Positions 16,091 through 31,181 of a DNA stretch of 64,000 nucleotides are shown one piece after another. The stretch spans positions 2,046,001-2,110,000 of the forward strand of contig OZ024756.1 of assembly GCA_964016885.1 (NCBI GenBank), in the 5' to 3' direction. The notes beneath the pieces are model-generated. The model was not told the DNA's origin and did no database searches. It worked only from the letters and a program-made list of their open reading frames with translations. Source of the DNA: Eledone cirrhosa (Eukaryota). Position 1 is the first letter of the stretch. The number at the start of each line of letters is the position of its first letter. Both the position numbers and the translations under genes were made by a program.

Positions 16091-16905
16091 CCCCATCACC
16101 ACAATCAACACCATCACTACCTCTATCACTTTCACCACCACCACCACTAACTCCCCCTCCCTCCCCCCACCTCACCATCACCCCACCATCATCACTCCAC
16201 CATCACCAACACCACCACCACCACCGCTACCCCCCACCATTACTACCACCATCACCATTACCAACACCACCACCAACACTACCACCATTACCACACCACC
16301 ACCACCACTATCACCACCACCACCACCACCACCACCATCATCACTACCACCATCACCCACTCCCCACCACAGTAAAAAAGGGTTTGAAACACACTGTGTT
16401 AGTTGAATTAGATCAAGGTACACATTGAGCTAATGACATAATGAACAAAAACAAACAAAACGAAAATAAACCTTCAATGCCGAACTACACAGGTATATCT
16501 TAAGGTACAACACCTGGTTCATCATAAATTTAGATTTACATAATTTAGATTTACACCTGTGATTATTGGGGCAGATGATAATGTAACAAACTGCCTCAGA
16601 TGTTAATACTGAACGTCACAAAAGCAGAAAGGACACAGGTAATTAATAAAGCACAATTACAGGACATTAGTAGAACTATAAACATATGTAAAACATTCCA
16701 GAAGCTATAGACTGTAGCAAGTACATATACACTCGTTAGGGACATATATATATATATATACAGATTCAGACACGCAAAGACATGTACGCATCCATGCACA
16801 CAAACATACGTACATGTACAACCCCCCGCTATATATATATAGAGGTGTGTGTGTGTGTAAATATATATATATATATATAACAAAAAAAAAAATATATATA
16901 TATTT

Positions 16906-16949
<44 letters not shown>

Positions 16950-16950
<1 letters not shown>

Positions 16951-17266
16951 ATTAAATAAATGGAAACTATATTTATAAAACCATATTTATTTCGTTATAT
17001 ATATTTCAGGGATATCATATTAACAATATGTTATGCCATCTTCAGACAAAATACAATATAAACAGTCTTATAAATAAATAGATACGACATACCTTTCAAT
17101 CACCTTGCATTTGGGAGGTTGATTTGGTTGATTTGTTTATATTGTATTTTGTCTGCAGATGGCATAACATATTGTTAATATGATATCCCTGAAATATATA
17201 TAACGAAATAAATATGGTTTTATAAATATTTACTCGTTGTTAACCCAACAATTTAAATATAACTTT

Positions 17267-17270
<4 letters not shown>
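16950..17270 (+). mobile_element. Fold-back element with two hammerheads (- 16989-17052 with CTGAAGA; + 17146-17209 with mutated CTGCAGA)
   Basis: attttgt-CTG(A/C)AGA-tggcataacatatt gtt aatatgatatccct-GAAA-tatata-TA-acgaaat. Stem I is 7 bp. Confidence 0.7.
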
Positions 17271-17342
<72 letters not shown>

Positions 17343-17503
17343 ATATATATATATTTATATACATATATATATTTATATACACATATATATATTTTCAGTG
17401 TCGTCAACCCTCCGAAACGATCGTAAAACAATGATATGAATTGATAAAATAACTTGACTTTGTTGTTTTTATTTTCATTGTTAATTTAATACCTACCCCC
17501 CCC

Positions 17504-17575
<72 letters not shown>

Positions 17576-17755
17576 AAGGAGAGTGAGAGGCATAGAGAGA
17601 AATGTACATAGACAGATAGTTGAAATAAAGAGAGAAAGATAAAAAAAACAAATATATTTAAGATAAAGAGTAGACTAAAAAGGAAATGTGATTGATTTAT
17701 GACATAGATCGATAGGTAGATCGATTGGTAGACAGATAGATAGGTGTGTAACGAG

Positions 17756-17826
<71 letters not shown>

Positions 17827-17979
17827 TATACCAAATTGCTGTTATTGTTGATGTTTTTCTCTTTATTTTGGACAAATCTCTTAAAGACGGGAACCGTCAC
17901 TAAATGGAATCCAAAGAAGAAGAAACTCCAAGAATTTGCTAGAAATCACTAGATTTAGGGCCAGGGATTGAGGCGAGAA

Positions 17980-18078
17980 TTAGGGCTAGGGTTAGGGCTA
18001 GGGTTAGGGTTAGGGGTAGCGCTAGGGTTAGGGATAGGGTTAGGGTTAGGGCTAGTACTAGGGTTATGGCTAGGGTAG
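17980..18078 (+). repeat. Degenerate (TTAGGG/CTAGGG)n telomere-like tract
   Basis: About 16 hexamers. Confidence 0.85.
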
Positions 18079-18136
18079 ATTTCTACGCTTCATTTAGGAA
18101 TTAACAGTTCTTTACATTTTGTATGTTATGTATTCA

Positions 18137-18772
18137 TTCTACTCTGGTATATAGTATGGAGTTGTAAGATGTAGTGTTGTACAGGGACATATTATTCATA
18201 AGGCTAACTAGGCTAAATAAAGGGTCCCACTGGGATCTCTTCTCTAGTTTCTACTCTGGTATATAGTATGGAGTTGTAAGATGTAGTGTTGTACAGGGAC
18301 ATATTATTCATAAGGCTAACTAGGCTAAATAAAGGGTCCCACTGGGATCTCTTCTCTAGTTTCTTCTCTTGGTCTATAGTATGGAGTTGTAAGATGTAGT
18401 GTTGTACAGGGACATATTATTCATAAGGCTAACTAGGCTAAATAAGGGGTCCCACTGGGATCTCTTCTCTAGTTTCTTCTCTTGGTCTATAGTATGGAGT
18501 TGTAAGATGTAGTGTTGTGCAGGGACATATTATTCATAAGGCTAACTAGGCTAAATAAGGGGTCCGACTGGGATCTCTTCTCTAGTTTCTTCTCTTGGTC
18601 TATAGTGTGGAGTTGTAAGATGTGGTGTCGCACAGGGACCTGTAACTCATAAGGCCAACTGGGCTAAACATATCTAGGGGTCTAATTGTGACCCCTTCTT
18701 TAGTTTCTACTCTGGTATATAGTAGAGTGTGGAGTTGTAAGATATAGTGTTGTACAGGGACATATTATTCAT
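18137..18772. repeat. ~113-bp tandem satellite, ~5.6 copies
   Basis: Unit ..ggtatatagtatggagttgtaagatgtagtgttgtacagggac.. recurs at 18146, 18258, 18371, 18484, 18597 and 18714. Confidence 0.9.
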
Positions 18773-19200
18773 GGTATAGTATTGTATGGTGTGGTGTAGT
18801 GTGGTGTAGGATGGTGTGGTGTAGTATGGTTTAGTATGGTGTGGTGTAGTGTGGTGTGGTGTAGTGTGGTGTGGTGTAGTGTGGTGTGGTGTGGTATGGT
18901 GTGGTATAGTGTGGTGTGGTATAGTATGGTATGGTGAGGTGTGGTGTGGTGTGGTATGGTATAGTGTGGTGTGGTACGGTGTGGTGTGGTGTGCTGTGGT
19001 GTGGTGTGGTGTGGTGTGGTGTGGTGTGGTATGGTGTGGTATAGTGTGGTGTGGTATAGTATGGTATGGTGAGGTGTGGTGTGGTGTGGTATGGTATAGT
19101 GTGGTGTGGTATAGTATGGTATGGTGAGGTGTGGTGTGGTGTGGTATGGTATAGTGTGGTGTGGTACGGTGTGGTGTGCTGTGGTGTGGTGTGGTGTGGC
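18773..19200. repeat. (GTGTG/GTATG/GTAGT)n pentamer repeat
   Basis: Direct reading. Confidence 0.95.
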
Positions 19201-19508
19201 ATGTACATTACTTTATTTGCTAAAATAGGGATTTTTTCTTTCTTTCTGACTCACTTAGTAAAACTTGTAAAGGAATATCTTAAAAGAATGGAATTCGTAG
19301 AACACACAGACAGACATACACACACATACACACACAGACACACACAGACACACACAGACACACACAGATACACACAGACACACACACACACACACACACA
19401 GATACACACAGACACACACACACACACACACACAGATACACACAGACACACACAGATACACACAGACACACACAAAAAAATTATATATATACGTATATAT
19501 TTGCTTAT

Positions 19509-19586
<78 letters not shown>

Positions 19587-19606
19587 TCTCTCTCTATATA
19601 TATATA

Positions 19607-19680
<74 letters not shown>

Positions 19681-19798
19681 TATATCTAAATATATACATA
19701 TATACATATATATATATATAAATATAAAACTCTCTCTCTATATATATATATAACTATATATATCTATATCTAAATATATATCTAAATATATATATATC

Positions 19799-19900
<102 letters not shown>

Positions 19901-20044
19901 CGTATGTATGTGTGAGAGAGAGTTTGTAGTTTGAGGCCATCAGGACTCCATTCTTATTGCTACCACCATATGTTTCACTTCATTTGTTTCCTTATGTTAA
20001 CCAGTACATCTTGTTGTTCTTTCCAAACCTCTAACGGGCCCCTT

Positions 20045-20077
<33 letters not shown>

Positions 20078-20836
20078 CACACATACATACACATACATAC
20101 ACACACATACATACATACACATACATACACATACATACATACATACACATACATACGCATACACACACACACATATATATACACACACATACATACACAC
20201 ACATATACACACATATATATATATACACACATACATACACATACATACACACACATATATATATACACACACATATATATATACACACATACATACACAC
20301 ACACATACACACACATATATATATACACACATACATACACATACATACACACACATATGTATACACACATATACATACACATACACATACACACACATAT
20401 ATATATATACACACACACACATACACACACACACACATATATATATACACATACACACATACACACACATACATACACACATATATACACACACATATAC
20501 ACACACATATACACACACACATATACACACATACACACATATACACATACACAAACATACAGACTCACCAACACACACACGCACTCACACACGTATGCAC
20601 ACATATATTCCTATATATATATAATACATACACATATGTACATATACACATACATATAAACGTTATACTATTATATACATGCATATATATAATATGCATG
20701 TATATATGTATATATATATCTATGTCTATGTATATGTATGTATGTATATGTATGTATATATATATATATGTATATCTATGTATATATGTATGTATGTATG
20801 TATATCTGTATGTATGTTTATATATGTATATATGTA

Positions 20837-20947
<111 letters not shown>

Positions 20948-21004
20948 GTATATATATATATGTATATATATGTATATATATATATGTATATATATATATA
21001 TGAA

Positions 21005-21047
<43 letters not shown>

Positions 21048-21416
21048 ATCTATATATGTATGTATATATATATATATGTATGTATGTCTATATATATATG
21101 TATATATATATATATATGTATATCTATATATGTATGTATATATATATATATATATGTATATCTATATATGTATGTATATATATATATATATGTATGTATG
21201 TGTAGATGAGCTATCCACACTAAATGCCGACCACCATCTACACCTCATACTCTCCCCACTATCCACCACCACCACGACCTCACCACCACCACCACTGACA
21301 CCTCCCTCCACCGCCGCCACCACCACCACTACCAACACCACCACTGCCACTAATACACTCAGTTCATTTTACTTAATTTTATTTGTATATATATATATAT
21401 GCATATATATATATGT

Positions 21417-21512
<96 letters not shown>

Positions 21513-21542
21513 AGACACACATTTATACATATATATATATAC

Positions 21543-21611
<69 letters not shown>

Positions 21612-21662
21612 TATACATATATATATATATATTTATATATACATATATATTATATACATATA

Positions 21663-21720
<58 letters not shown>

Positions 21721-21853
21721 TATATGTATATAATATATATATATGTATATACATATATATATATGTATATATATATATATGTATATACATATATATATAC
21801 ACACACATATGTATGTGTATATGTATATACACACTTATACAGACACACACACG

Positions 21854-21886
<33 letters not shown>

Positions 21887-22159
21887 GCACACACATATTG
21901 TATAAGGGCTGGGGGTGGGTTAAGTTAGCTAGAAGCACATCCACCGTCTTAGTTTCATCCCCCGATAGCTTTTACAATTGAGTCTTAATAGAGTTTTATA
22001 GGGTTGGAGTGGCTAGATGAGGTCAGCCTGAGATGGAGAACACCGATTGAGGCAACAACTACAGTGACAACAACGATAGATACGACTACTGCAGCTGATA
22101 CCACACTTACCAACAAATGTTGTGACGAAAACGACAAAAACCACAAGAACAAGAACACA

Positions 22160-22222
<63 letters not shown>

Positions 22223-22239
22223 AATACCAAGAAGAACGA

Positions 22240-23010
22240 TTGTGATGTGTTTAATGTGATGTTGTTTTTAATGTGATGTTGTGTCTAATGTGACGTTGTT
22301 TTTAATGTGACGTTGTGTTTAATATGACGTGTTTAGTGTGACGTCGTGTTCAGTGTGACGTCGTGTTCAGTGTGACGTTGTATTCAGTGTGACGTTGTGT
22401 TCAGTGTGACGTTGTGTTTAATGTGACGTTGTGAACAGTGTGGCGTTGTTGTTAATATGACGTGTTCAGTGAGACGTTGTGTTCAGTGTGACATTGTGTT
22501 TAATGTGACGTTGTGAACAGTGTGGCGTTGTGTTCAATTGTGACGTTGTGTTTAATAAGACGTTGTGAACAGTGTGACGTTGTGTTTAATGTGACGCTGT
22601 GTTTAATGTGACGTTGTGAACAGTGTGACGTTATGTGTAATGTGACGTTGCGTTCAGTGTGGCGTTGTGATCAGTGTGACGTTGTATTTAATCTGACGTT
22701 GTGCTTAATGTGACGTTGTGTTTAATGTGACGTTATGAACAGTGTGACGTTGTGTTTATTGTGACGTTGTTTTTAATGTGACGTTGTGTCTAATGTGACG
22801 TTGTTTTTAATGTGACGTTGTGTTTAATGTGACGTGTTTATTGTGACATTGTGTTCAATAGTGACGTTGTGTTCATTGTGACGTTCTATTCAGTGTAACG
22901 TGTGTTTAATGTGATGTGTTTAATAGTGACGTTATGTTCCTTTGTGACGTGTTTAATGTGACGTTGTCTTCCATTGTGACGTTGTGTTTAATGTGACGTT
23001 GTGTTCAGTG
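22240..23010. repeat. 17-bp minisatellite (aatgtgacgttgtgttt), ~45 copies
   Basis: Direct reading. Confidence 0.9.
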
Positions 23011-23014
23011 AGAG

Positions 23015-23500
23015 GTTCGTGGGGTCAGACTCCTCAAACACTCCTCCCAGCGAATCCTGTCAGAAGCAACCGTCTTCATTTTCCATTTGATCCGGCTGGA
23101 TCACAAGGTGAGACCTGTTAAGCTCTGGATGTTATCCATCCATCTTGCTCGTGGTCTACCCCTGCGTCTCTTGCCGGCTGGTTTTGCCCATAAAATCTGT
23201 CAAGTGATTCTCTCCTGAGACATTTGAACCACATACCTATAGTATCAGAGCTGTGATCTCTCAATTGGGAGAAGTAGCGACTCTACCTGGAGTGAATCTC
23301 TGATCTCTGAGCTACGCACTCTATCGGGTAATGTTATTCCAAAGACCCTTCAGAGGAACCCCATTTCAGCTGCTTGTATATGAATCGTATTCTTTCGGTC
23401 ATTACCCAAGATTCATGACCATAGGTAAGGGTTGGTACGAATACCAAATTGAAGATAGCGAGTTTGGCTTTTACACCTACCTCCTTTCTTCTGATGGCCG
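23015..23500 (-). mobile_element. Degenerate RTE-clade LINE 3' fragment
   Basis: Minus strand encodes LTYGHESWVMTERI..IQAAEMGFL..DRVRSSEIRDSLQVE..GKRRRGRPRARWMDNI, with stops and frameshifts. Confidence 0.8.
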
Positions 23501-23614
23501 AATGCTGATGTGTAAAGTTTGGTTTTTGTTTAATGTGGTTTTGGTCCTTGTAAAATTGTATTAATTAATCTGGAGGTTAAGAAAGATGATGTACTAAATA
23601 TGATTTTATGTTGA

Positions 23615-23696
<82 letters not shown>

Positions 23697-23833
23697 TTAT
23701 TTATCTAAATACCTAGCTATCTCTCTCCTCCTTTCTCCCTCTCTCTTTAGCTCTCTCTCTGTCTATTTATTTTTCTCTCCCTCTCTCTCTGCTTGCAAGA
23801 AAGATCTTACATTTCATGTTTATGTGTACTCAC

Positions 23834-23895
<62 letters not shown>

Positions 23896-24785
23896 GTTTG
23901 TGCCTGTGTGCGCGTATGTGCGCGTATGCTCGCATATGTGAGTGCATGTACGTATGCATATAAGAATGGGCCTCTGTCGGTGTCAACGATGTGTTCCCGT
24001 AATTCCATCAAAACCTTAAATGAACTGAAAATATAAAAAAAAACAATAATGAAAATAAAATAAAACAAATGAATAAAACAAAAACAAAACCTATAAAAAC
24101 AACAAAAGAGACAGGATGGTCATAAGTGGAGTGGGTGTTTATATAAAGTGTGGTGGATTGGTCAGAGGTAACCTGGGTCTAAACAACGAGGTCAAGTAGA
24201 TGGCAATATGCCAACTAACGATTATAATAATGTATGTTTATAATCCCGTCTTTAGTCCTATCAGATTTACCTGGAGTACAATAGACATACACTTGAGGAT
24301 TAGCGAACAACACCTGTAGGAACATTATCACACACACACACGCACACACAAATATATATATATACACACACATGAATATATATATATATACATGTGTGTA
24401 TATAATATAATATAATATATAGAAATAAACACACAAAGAAGTGTGTTTTTAATTACATGGGTTGGAAGCCATTTTGGTGCAAAGTATATAATCTATGAAC
24501 AAATGGAAAATACATAATAACCGGAAAAAATGAATTAAAATGTACTAACCGTTTCAATAACTATTGAACTCCTGGACAAACTATATATATATATATTAGA
24601 AAGTGAGGTTTTTTTACAAAATGAAAAATAACATTGTTTTCATTAATTTATCCTGACTCTGTTTTCCTATGATTTTTAACGTAAATTTTTGAATACATCT
24701 TCTCTTTTCATGATATCTTCTATATTTGAATTACATTGAGTTCTTCATACGGATTGGACACTACCGTATATTTTGGTAGATTTAT

Positions 24786-24842
<57 letters not shown>

Positions 24843-24843
<1 letters not shown>

Positions 24844-25150
24844 GTAGTTTCCGAGACCAATTTGTTTCACCTTAGATGGATCATCAAATCCGTTAAAAAA
24901 AAAAACGATGATCCGTCTTAGGTGAAACAAATTGTTCTAGGAAATAGTGTCTTAACTGTTGTGGAACTATTTCTACCAAACTCGTCCCATGGACTGAGTG
25001 TTCTACTACTACGGATATAACCCTCCAGTGTTCTACTAATATATATATATAGATAACTTGTCTCTATTGTTATATTTGGGGATAATATTGTTATATTTGG
25101 GGATAATTTGTTATAATATTGCCAGAAATATATAGTAAAATACACTCATT
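24843..25150 (+). mobile_element. Fold-back element with partial hammerhead
   Basis: tttcaccttagatggatcatc / gatgatccgtcttaggtGAAAcaaattgTT. Confidence 0.5.
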
Positions 25151-25363
25151 GTTAGGTTGGGTTTTACAATATATTTCTGGAAATATTATAAAATCACGAC
25201 CCTTTCCAAATACAAGAGTTTCAACACACGATTTCATATAATAAAAAATTGCAAAACAAATTCATTGCATTTATATATAGGTATGTATGTATGTATGTAT
25301 GTATGTATGTATGTATGTATGTATGTATGTATGTATGTATGTATGTATGTATGTATGTATCTA

Positions 25364-25401
<38 letters not shown>

Positions 25402-25634
25402 TGTGTATGTATGTATGTATGTATGTATGTATGTATGTATGTATGTATGTATGTATGTGTGTGTGTATGTATGTATGTATGTATGTATGTGTGTGTGTAT
25501 GTATGTATGTGTGTATATATATAGGTGCATGTGTGTTTGTACGCGTGTGAGGTTGTATATGTATCTGTGTTTAAGTATGAAGGCATACTTATATACTTAT
25601 ATCAATAAATGAAATTTATATAGTGTATTGAGTA

Positions 25635-25682
<48 letters not shown>

Positions 25683-25752
25683 CAATATATAATAAACGTT
25701 GAGGCAGAGGTTACATATCGTATTTATTATACGGATTTCTGTGACATTGAGC

Positions 25753-25784
<32 letters not shown>

Positions 25785-25944
25785 ACAGAAATACGTATAA
25801 TAAATCGATATGTAATCTCTGTCTGTCTGTCTCTGTCTCTCTCTCTCTATATATATACACACACACACACATACATATATATGTAGAGAGAGAGAGGGAG
25901 GGAGAGAGAGATATAGAGAGAAATAGAAATAGATAGATAGATAG

Positions 25945-25980
<36 letters not shown>

Positions 25981-26930
25981 AAATACTATGACATGTTCAA
26001 TGACAAACAAGGAATATATTCTAAACTATAGAAATCGTAAAATCACATCTCATTGGTTATTGGTGTTAAAGCAAAGAATATTTGTCAGTCTACTCTCTCT
26101 CTCTCTCTCTCTCTCCCTACCTCTCTCTCTCTCTTTCTCACACCATCTCACTCTTTATATCCCCCCCTCTCTCTCTGCTCTCTTTATCTGCTCTCTCTCT
26201 TTGCTCTCTCACTCTCCTCTCTCTCTCTCTCTGCTCTCTCTCGTTCTCTCTTTCTCCTCCCGTCTCTCTTTCACTCCCCTCTCTCCCTCTCTCTTTCTCC
26301 CTCCCCTCTATCTCTTTCTCACCCCCTCTCTCTTTCTCCCTCCCCTCTATCTCTTTCTCACCCCCTCTCTCTTTCTCTCTCTCTTTTCCTATGTTTCTAA
26401 GAAGGTAATTTAAAATATATTTCCTTAATACCAACAGTCAGATGCTATTTTGAAAATATCGTTTTCTCCTCCGTTGAAGGTCGTTTCAGAGTAAAAGAAA
26501 ATATATATAAAATAGTTTATGAAAATATATAACACAACAGATAGTTCACCATACCGAGGTGAAACAATTGTCCTTGGTATGGTGAACTAACTGTTATATA
26601 TTGAAAACAAATATCTCATGTAAAAGGGATCAAGAGAGGTGATTTGGCTCTTGAAAATATATTTATAAGGAACTTGGAATTTCAACCATATTCTTGTCTC
26701 CCTTGTTTATAAATATTAACTTCGAAAGGTGTAACATGGAGTTCTAAAGGTTTAGTATTAGAAAGGAATTATTTGGGTATATGATATTGGTAGCGTGTGG
26801 TTCGATAATGTGTGGTTCCACAGATAGGAATAACAGTTTGTAGTAAACAGCAATGTTCATTTACTATAAACTGTTTAGAATTAGAGTTGATGGTGATATA
26901 TGTATGTATAATATATTAATAGCCACGAGA

Positions 26931-26991
<61 letters not shown>

Positions 26992-27047
26992 ATCTATCTA
27001 TCTATCTATCTACCTACCTATCTATCTATCTATATCTATATCTATAT

Positions 27048-29197
27048 AAGGAAGAAAGGGGCACTTGCACAACACGCTCCTGGAGTTGAGGGTTGTTCTA
27101 TCGACGGGGTATTAAACAACCCATTTGTGGCGCCTCCCCCCTATTGGGGATTTAGATTGTTGTAATTGTTTGTTTTAATATTTTTTACACGACTGTATGT
27201 AAAATCCCCGGCAGGTCCATACACGACAACCTCCACTTCATGCGATACATCATAGAGAGGGTGGGTAGTAAACCCGGCTTCGGTGGGGCTCTGATCAACT
27301 TGGATCAGTCTAAGGCATTTGATAGGGTCGACCATCGATACTTGGAAGCGGCTCTCAAGGCGGCCGGTTTCGGTCCGTGTCCAGAGGATGAATCGAGGCG
27401 ATGCACACCAGCATCTGCTCGAGGGTCAAGGTGAACGGCTACCTATCAGAGCCGTTCGCAATCACGCGTTCCATTCGACAGGGATGCCCTCTCTCCTCCA
27501 TAATGTATGTATTGACTCTAGAGCCACTACTGCGGAAATTGGAGCTGTTGCAGGGCATCCCCTAGAACGGGACTGCGCAAAGCGGCGTCGGCTTATGCCG
27601 ACGACGTAGCGGTAATTGTGTCGAGCACCTCGGAAATCGGGGTGATCGGCAACTTACTGAAAGAATACGCTGACGGGAGAAAAACTAAACCCAGACAAGT
27701 CTGTCGGTTTGCAAGTCGGTACGTGGAGAGGCAAACCGATGACATCCGACAGCGTCGTTGGACGCTGGACGGACCGGTGAAATTGCTCGGGGTCTGGTTC
27801 GGTCCAGACCTCCCGGTGGAGAAAAAACTGAAACGAGGTCACGGCCAAGGTGTTTGCACTCACTCAGAAGTGGGCAGAGTGCAAACTGTCCTTGAAAGGT
27901 CGAGCGGAGGTGGCGAACACTTTCATAGCGTCCGTCATCTACTACCACTTGACTGTCGTACCTTGACCCCTTGAGCACCTCGCCAAGATGGAACGCATGC
28001 TCTCCAGTTTCTGTGGAGGAAGCAGGCTCCGCTGGTGAGGAGATCCGTCTGCTGTCAGCACCCTTCCAACGGAGGGCTGGGAATGCCGTGGCTGATGATG
28101 CGCAAACATGCGCTGAGGCTGCGGCATCTCCAGGTATTCCTCACCGACCCCCAACCTGTGTGGGCACCGTTTGTGAGACAGGCTTTCCCACAGCTCGTCT
28201 CGCTAACGGAGCTGCAGTCCTGGGTGAAGAAAAGACCGAAAACGATGGGCGCCTGGTACATTGAATGCGCTCACAGTCCTATGGCAAGCGAGCGCAACAA
28301 TCAGTGTAGACTCCACTTCGACATTCTATAGATGGATTGTACGTTACAAGAGCGACGACGTGCTCGGAGAGACTCTGGGCGTCGAAGACAATGAGCTCAC
28401 CAGTCTGTTTGGTAGGACTTTCCGCCCGGGACCTATGGACAACTTCCAGAGGTCCCTGGCCTGGCAGTGCTACCGAGGAGCTCTACCGGTTCGTGACAAG
28501 ATCTACAGGCACGGACGCCCTGGCAGGGATCCTTCCAAGAGGACGTGTCCAAGATGTGCGCAGGACATTGAAACAGTTCTGCACGCAATTGTACACTGCC
28601 CGGGCGTAAGCGACCTGTGGAACTATGCAGAACAACTGCTGTCACGTATGGGACAAATCCAGTTGACTGCCGAGTCCATAGTAAGGATCAAACCGCCAGC
28701 CTCTTTCAAAAACGAAAGAGAGGTGGTTTTCCTCTGTACGGTGGCTATGGTGAAAGAAGTTATATGGTGACGAGGTTGAGAGGACTGAGGACAGATGCCT
28801 TTATCTCCGGACAACAATTGATTCCCTTCTTTAAGTATCTCTTTAGAAGGAGAATCGGGGTGGAAAGAGAGGCACTGCACCTCAGTAAATTTACTGAAAG
28901 GTGGGTGAATGAAGCGAAAATGGCCCGAGTGATTGGGCCTTCTCTGTTTATAAGCCTGTAGGTTGAGGAAGAGAGCAAAAGGAAGAAAGGAGCACTTGCA
29001 TAACACGCTCCTGGAGTTGAGGGTTGTTCTATCGACGGGGTACTAAACAAACCCATTTGTGGCGCCTCACCCCTATTGGGGATTTCCATTGTTGTAATTG
29101 TTTGTTTTTATATTTTTCACACGACTGTATGTAAAATCCCCGGCATGCCTTTGTATTGTCCCCTTTTCTTGTTGCGCCCTTGTGGCTAATAAAGAAA
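27048..29197 (+). mobile_element. 5'-truncated, frameshifted Tx1/L1-clade LINE (RT, zf-RVT, 3'UTR)
   Basis: Motifs IPGRSIHDNL, LDQSKAFDRVDH, RQGCPLS, AYADD and CPRC..ETVLHAIVHC. Ends aataaagaa followed by (ATCT)n. Homologous to 54488-58158. Confidence 0.9.
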
Positions 29198-29321
29198 TCT
29201 ATCTATCTATCTATCTATCTGTCTATATCAATCTATCTATCTATATATATATATATATATGAATATATATATATATGAATATATATATATATGTATGTAT
29301 GTATATATATATATATATATA

Positions 29322-29426
<105 letters not shown>

Positions 29427-29571
29427 GTATATATATACTATTTTAATCACCACGCTGTCACTCATAAAAACTCACTTTTATAGATACAACGGGTGAACTC
29501 TGGCCATTAGGTAATATAATTAATAATTAGTAAAAAGTATATCATGCATACAAATTATAGAAAAGAAACGG

Positions 29572-29615
<44 letters not shown>

Positions 29616-29694
29616 ATATATATATATATAGATATGTTGATTTAAAACTGCACTATTATCCACAAGTGTTTTTTAGCCTTCATATCATGTTCTG

Positions 29695-29761
29695 TTTTAT
29701 CTGATGAAAACACAAATATTATTGCATGATGATGTTTGTTTTTGAAATGCGCATAATAAAA
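29695..29761 (+). ncRNA. Minimal type I hammerhead
   Basis: ttttat-CTGATGA-aaacacaaatattat..atgatgtttgttttt-GAAA-tgcgca-TA-ataaaa. Stem III palindrome ATGCGCAT. Confidence 0.75.
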
Positions 29762-29793
29762 TACATGGAACTCCTTTAACCATCTTTTGATCT

Positions 29794-29831
<38 letters not shown>

Positions 29832-29912
29832 AGAGACAGAGAGAAAAGGTGAAGTTGTAAATAGCACGGTAACTATATATATACATATACACACACACAC
29901 ACACACACATAA

Positions 29913-29984
<72 letters not shown>

Positions 29985-30276
29985 ACACACACGCATACAC
30001 ACACATACACACACATATATATATATATATATATATGAAAGAAAAATTTCGCTCTACATGGCTGAATACAATAAATGTAATCTGAGTTTTTCCAATATTA
30101 ATAATAACATTCGATTCGTTTGTAATTATGCAAACAAGCCTCATTTTTATAGCCATGTCAGTAGAATGAACCCTTCATTCTTGCTCTTGTGTTGGCATGG
30201 GAACATATATATATATATACATGTATTTATATATATGGTGTGTGTGATATATATATATATGTAGGTATATATATAT

Positions 30277-30343
<67 letters not shown>

Positions 30344-30549
30344 AATAAATATTTGTATATATATATTCACAAAAACGCACACATACACATATATATGTAT
30401 ATATAATTGTTTCTACTTTAGGCACAAGGCCAGCAATCACCCATTACATTACTGATGTACATTAGGATGAAAGGCAAAGTTAACCTCGGCGGGATTTGAA
30501 TTCAGATCATAAAGGTACGTAACTATATGTATATATAATATGTACATGA

Positions 30550-30599
<50 letters not shown>

Positions 30600-30973
30600 T
30601 ATATGCGTGTGCGTGTGTGTCTGCTCGTATTTTGTGGGTACATAAATATATATATAAGTGTGTATGTATGTATATATACATACACACACACATAGATATA
30701 TATATAAACATATAGAGAAATATTTGTATAAGGTGTGTATTTGTTACACCATTCTATTTAAATCCTTCTTGAAAAACATTATACAAACAATGGACAGCAA
30801 ACAAACACTTCTTATCTATAACTTATATATTACTTATATATAACTTAACTAACGTGAATCATGTCAGCATATATATTTCTTCGTAAAAATATAGCCTCGT
30901 CACGCTAATGTCATATACATATATATATATATATATATGTGTGTGTTTATGTATATATGACAGCTAGCGTGGC

Positions 30974-31019
<46 letters not shown>

Positions 31020-31068
31020 AACATTCGTTGTACTGCCTCTCTGTTTTGTTCCTGTTCAAATTTTCCAT

Positions 31069-31100
<32 letters not shown>

Positions 31101-31181
31101 TACATATATACATATATAAAGAATTAGTATATCTACCAACATATATATATATGTATAAATATATATATATATATATATTAT

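Noticed and set aside
16059-16406. Pro/Thr-rich ORF
   Set aside because: It is a degenerate (CAC)n repeat next to a SINE.
27048-29145. LTR retrotransposon suggested by the direct repeats
   Set aside because: The RT and zinc knuckle are non-LTR (Tx1/L1) type, there are no TG..CA ends or integrase, and the repeat is part of the 3'UTR.
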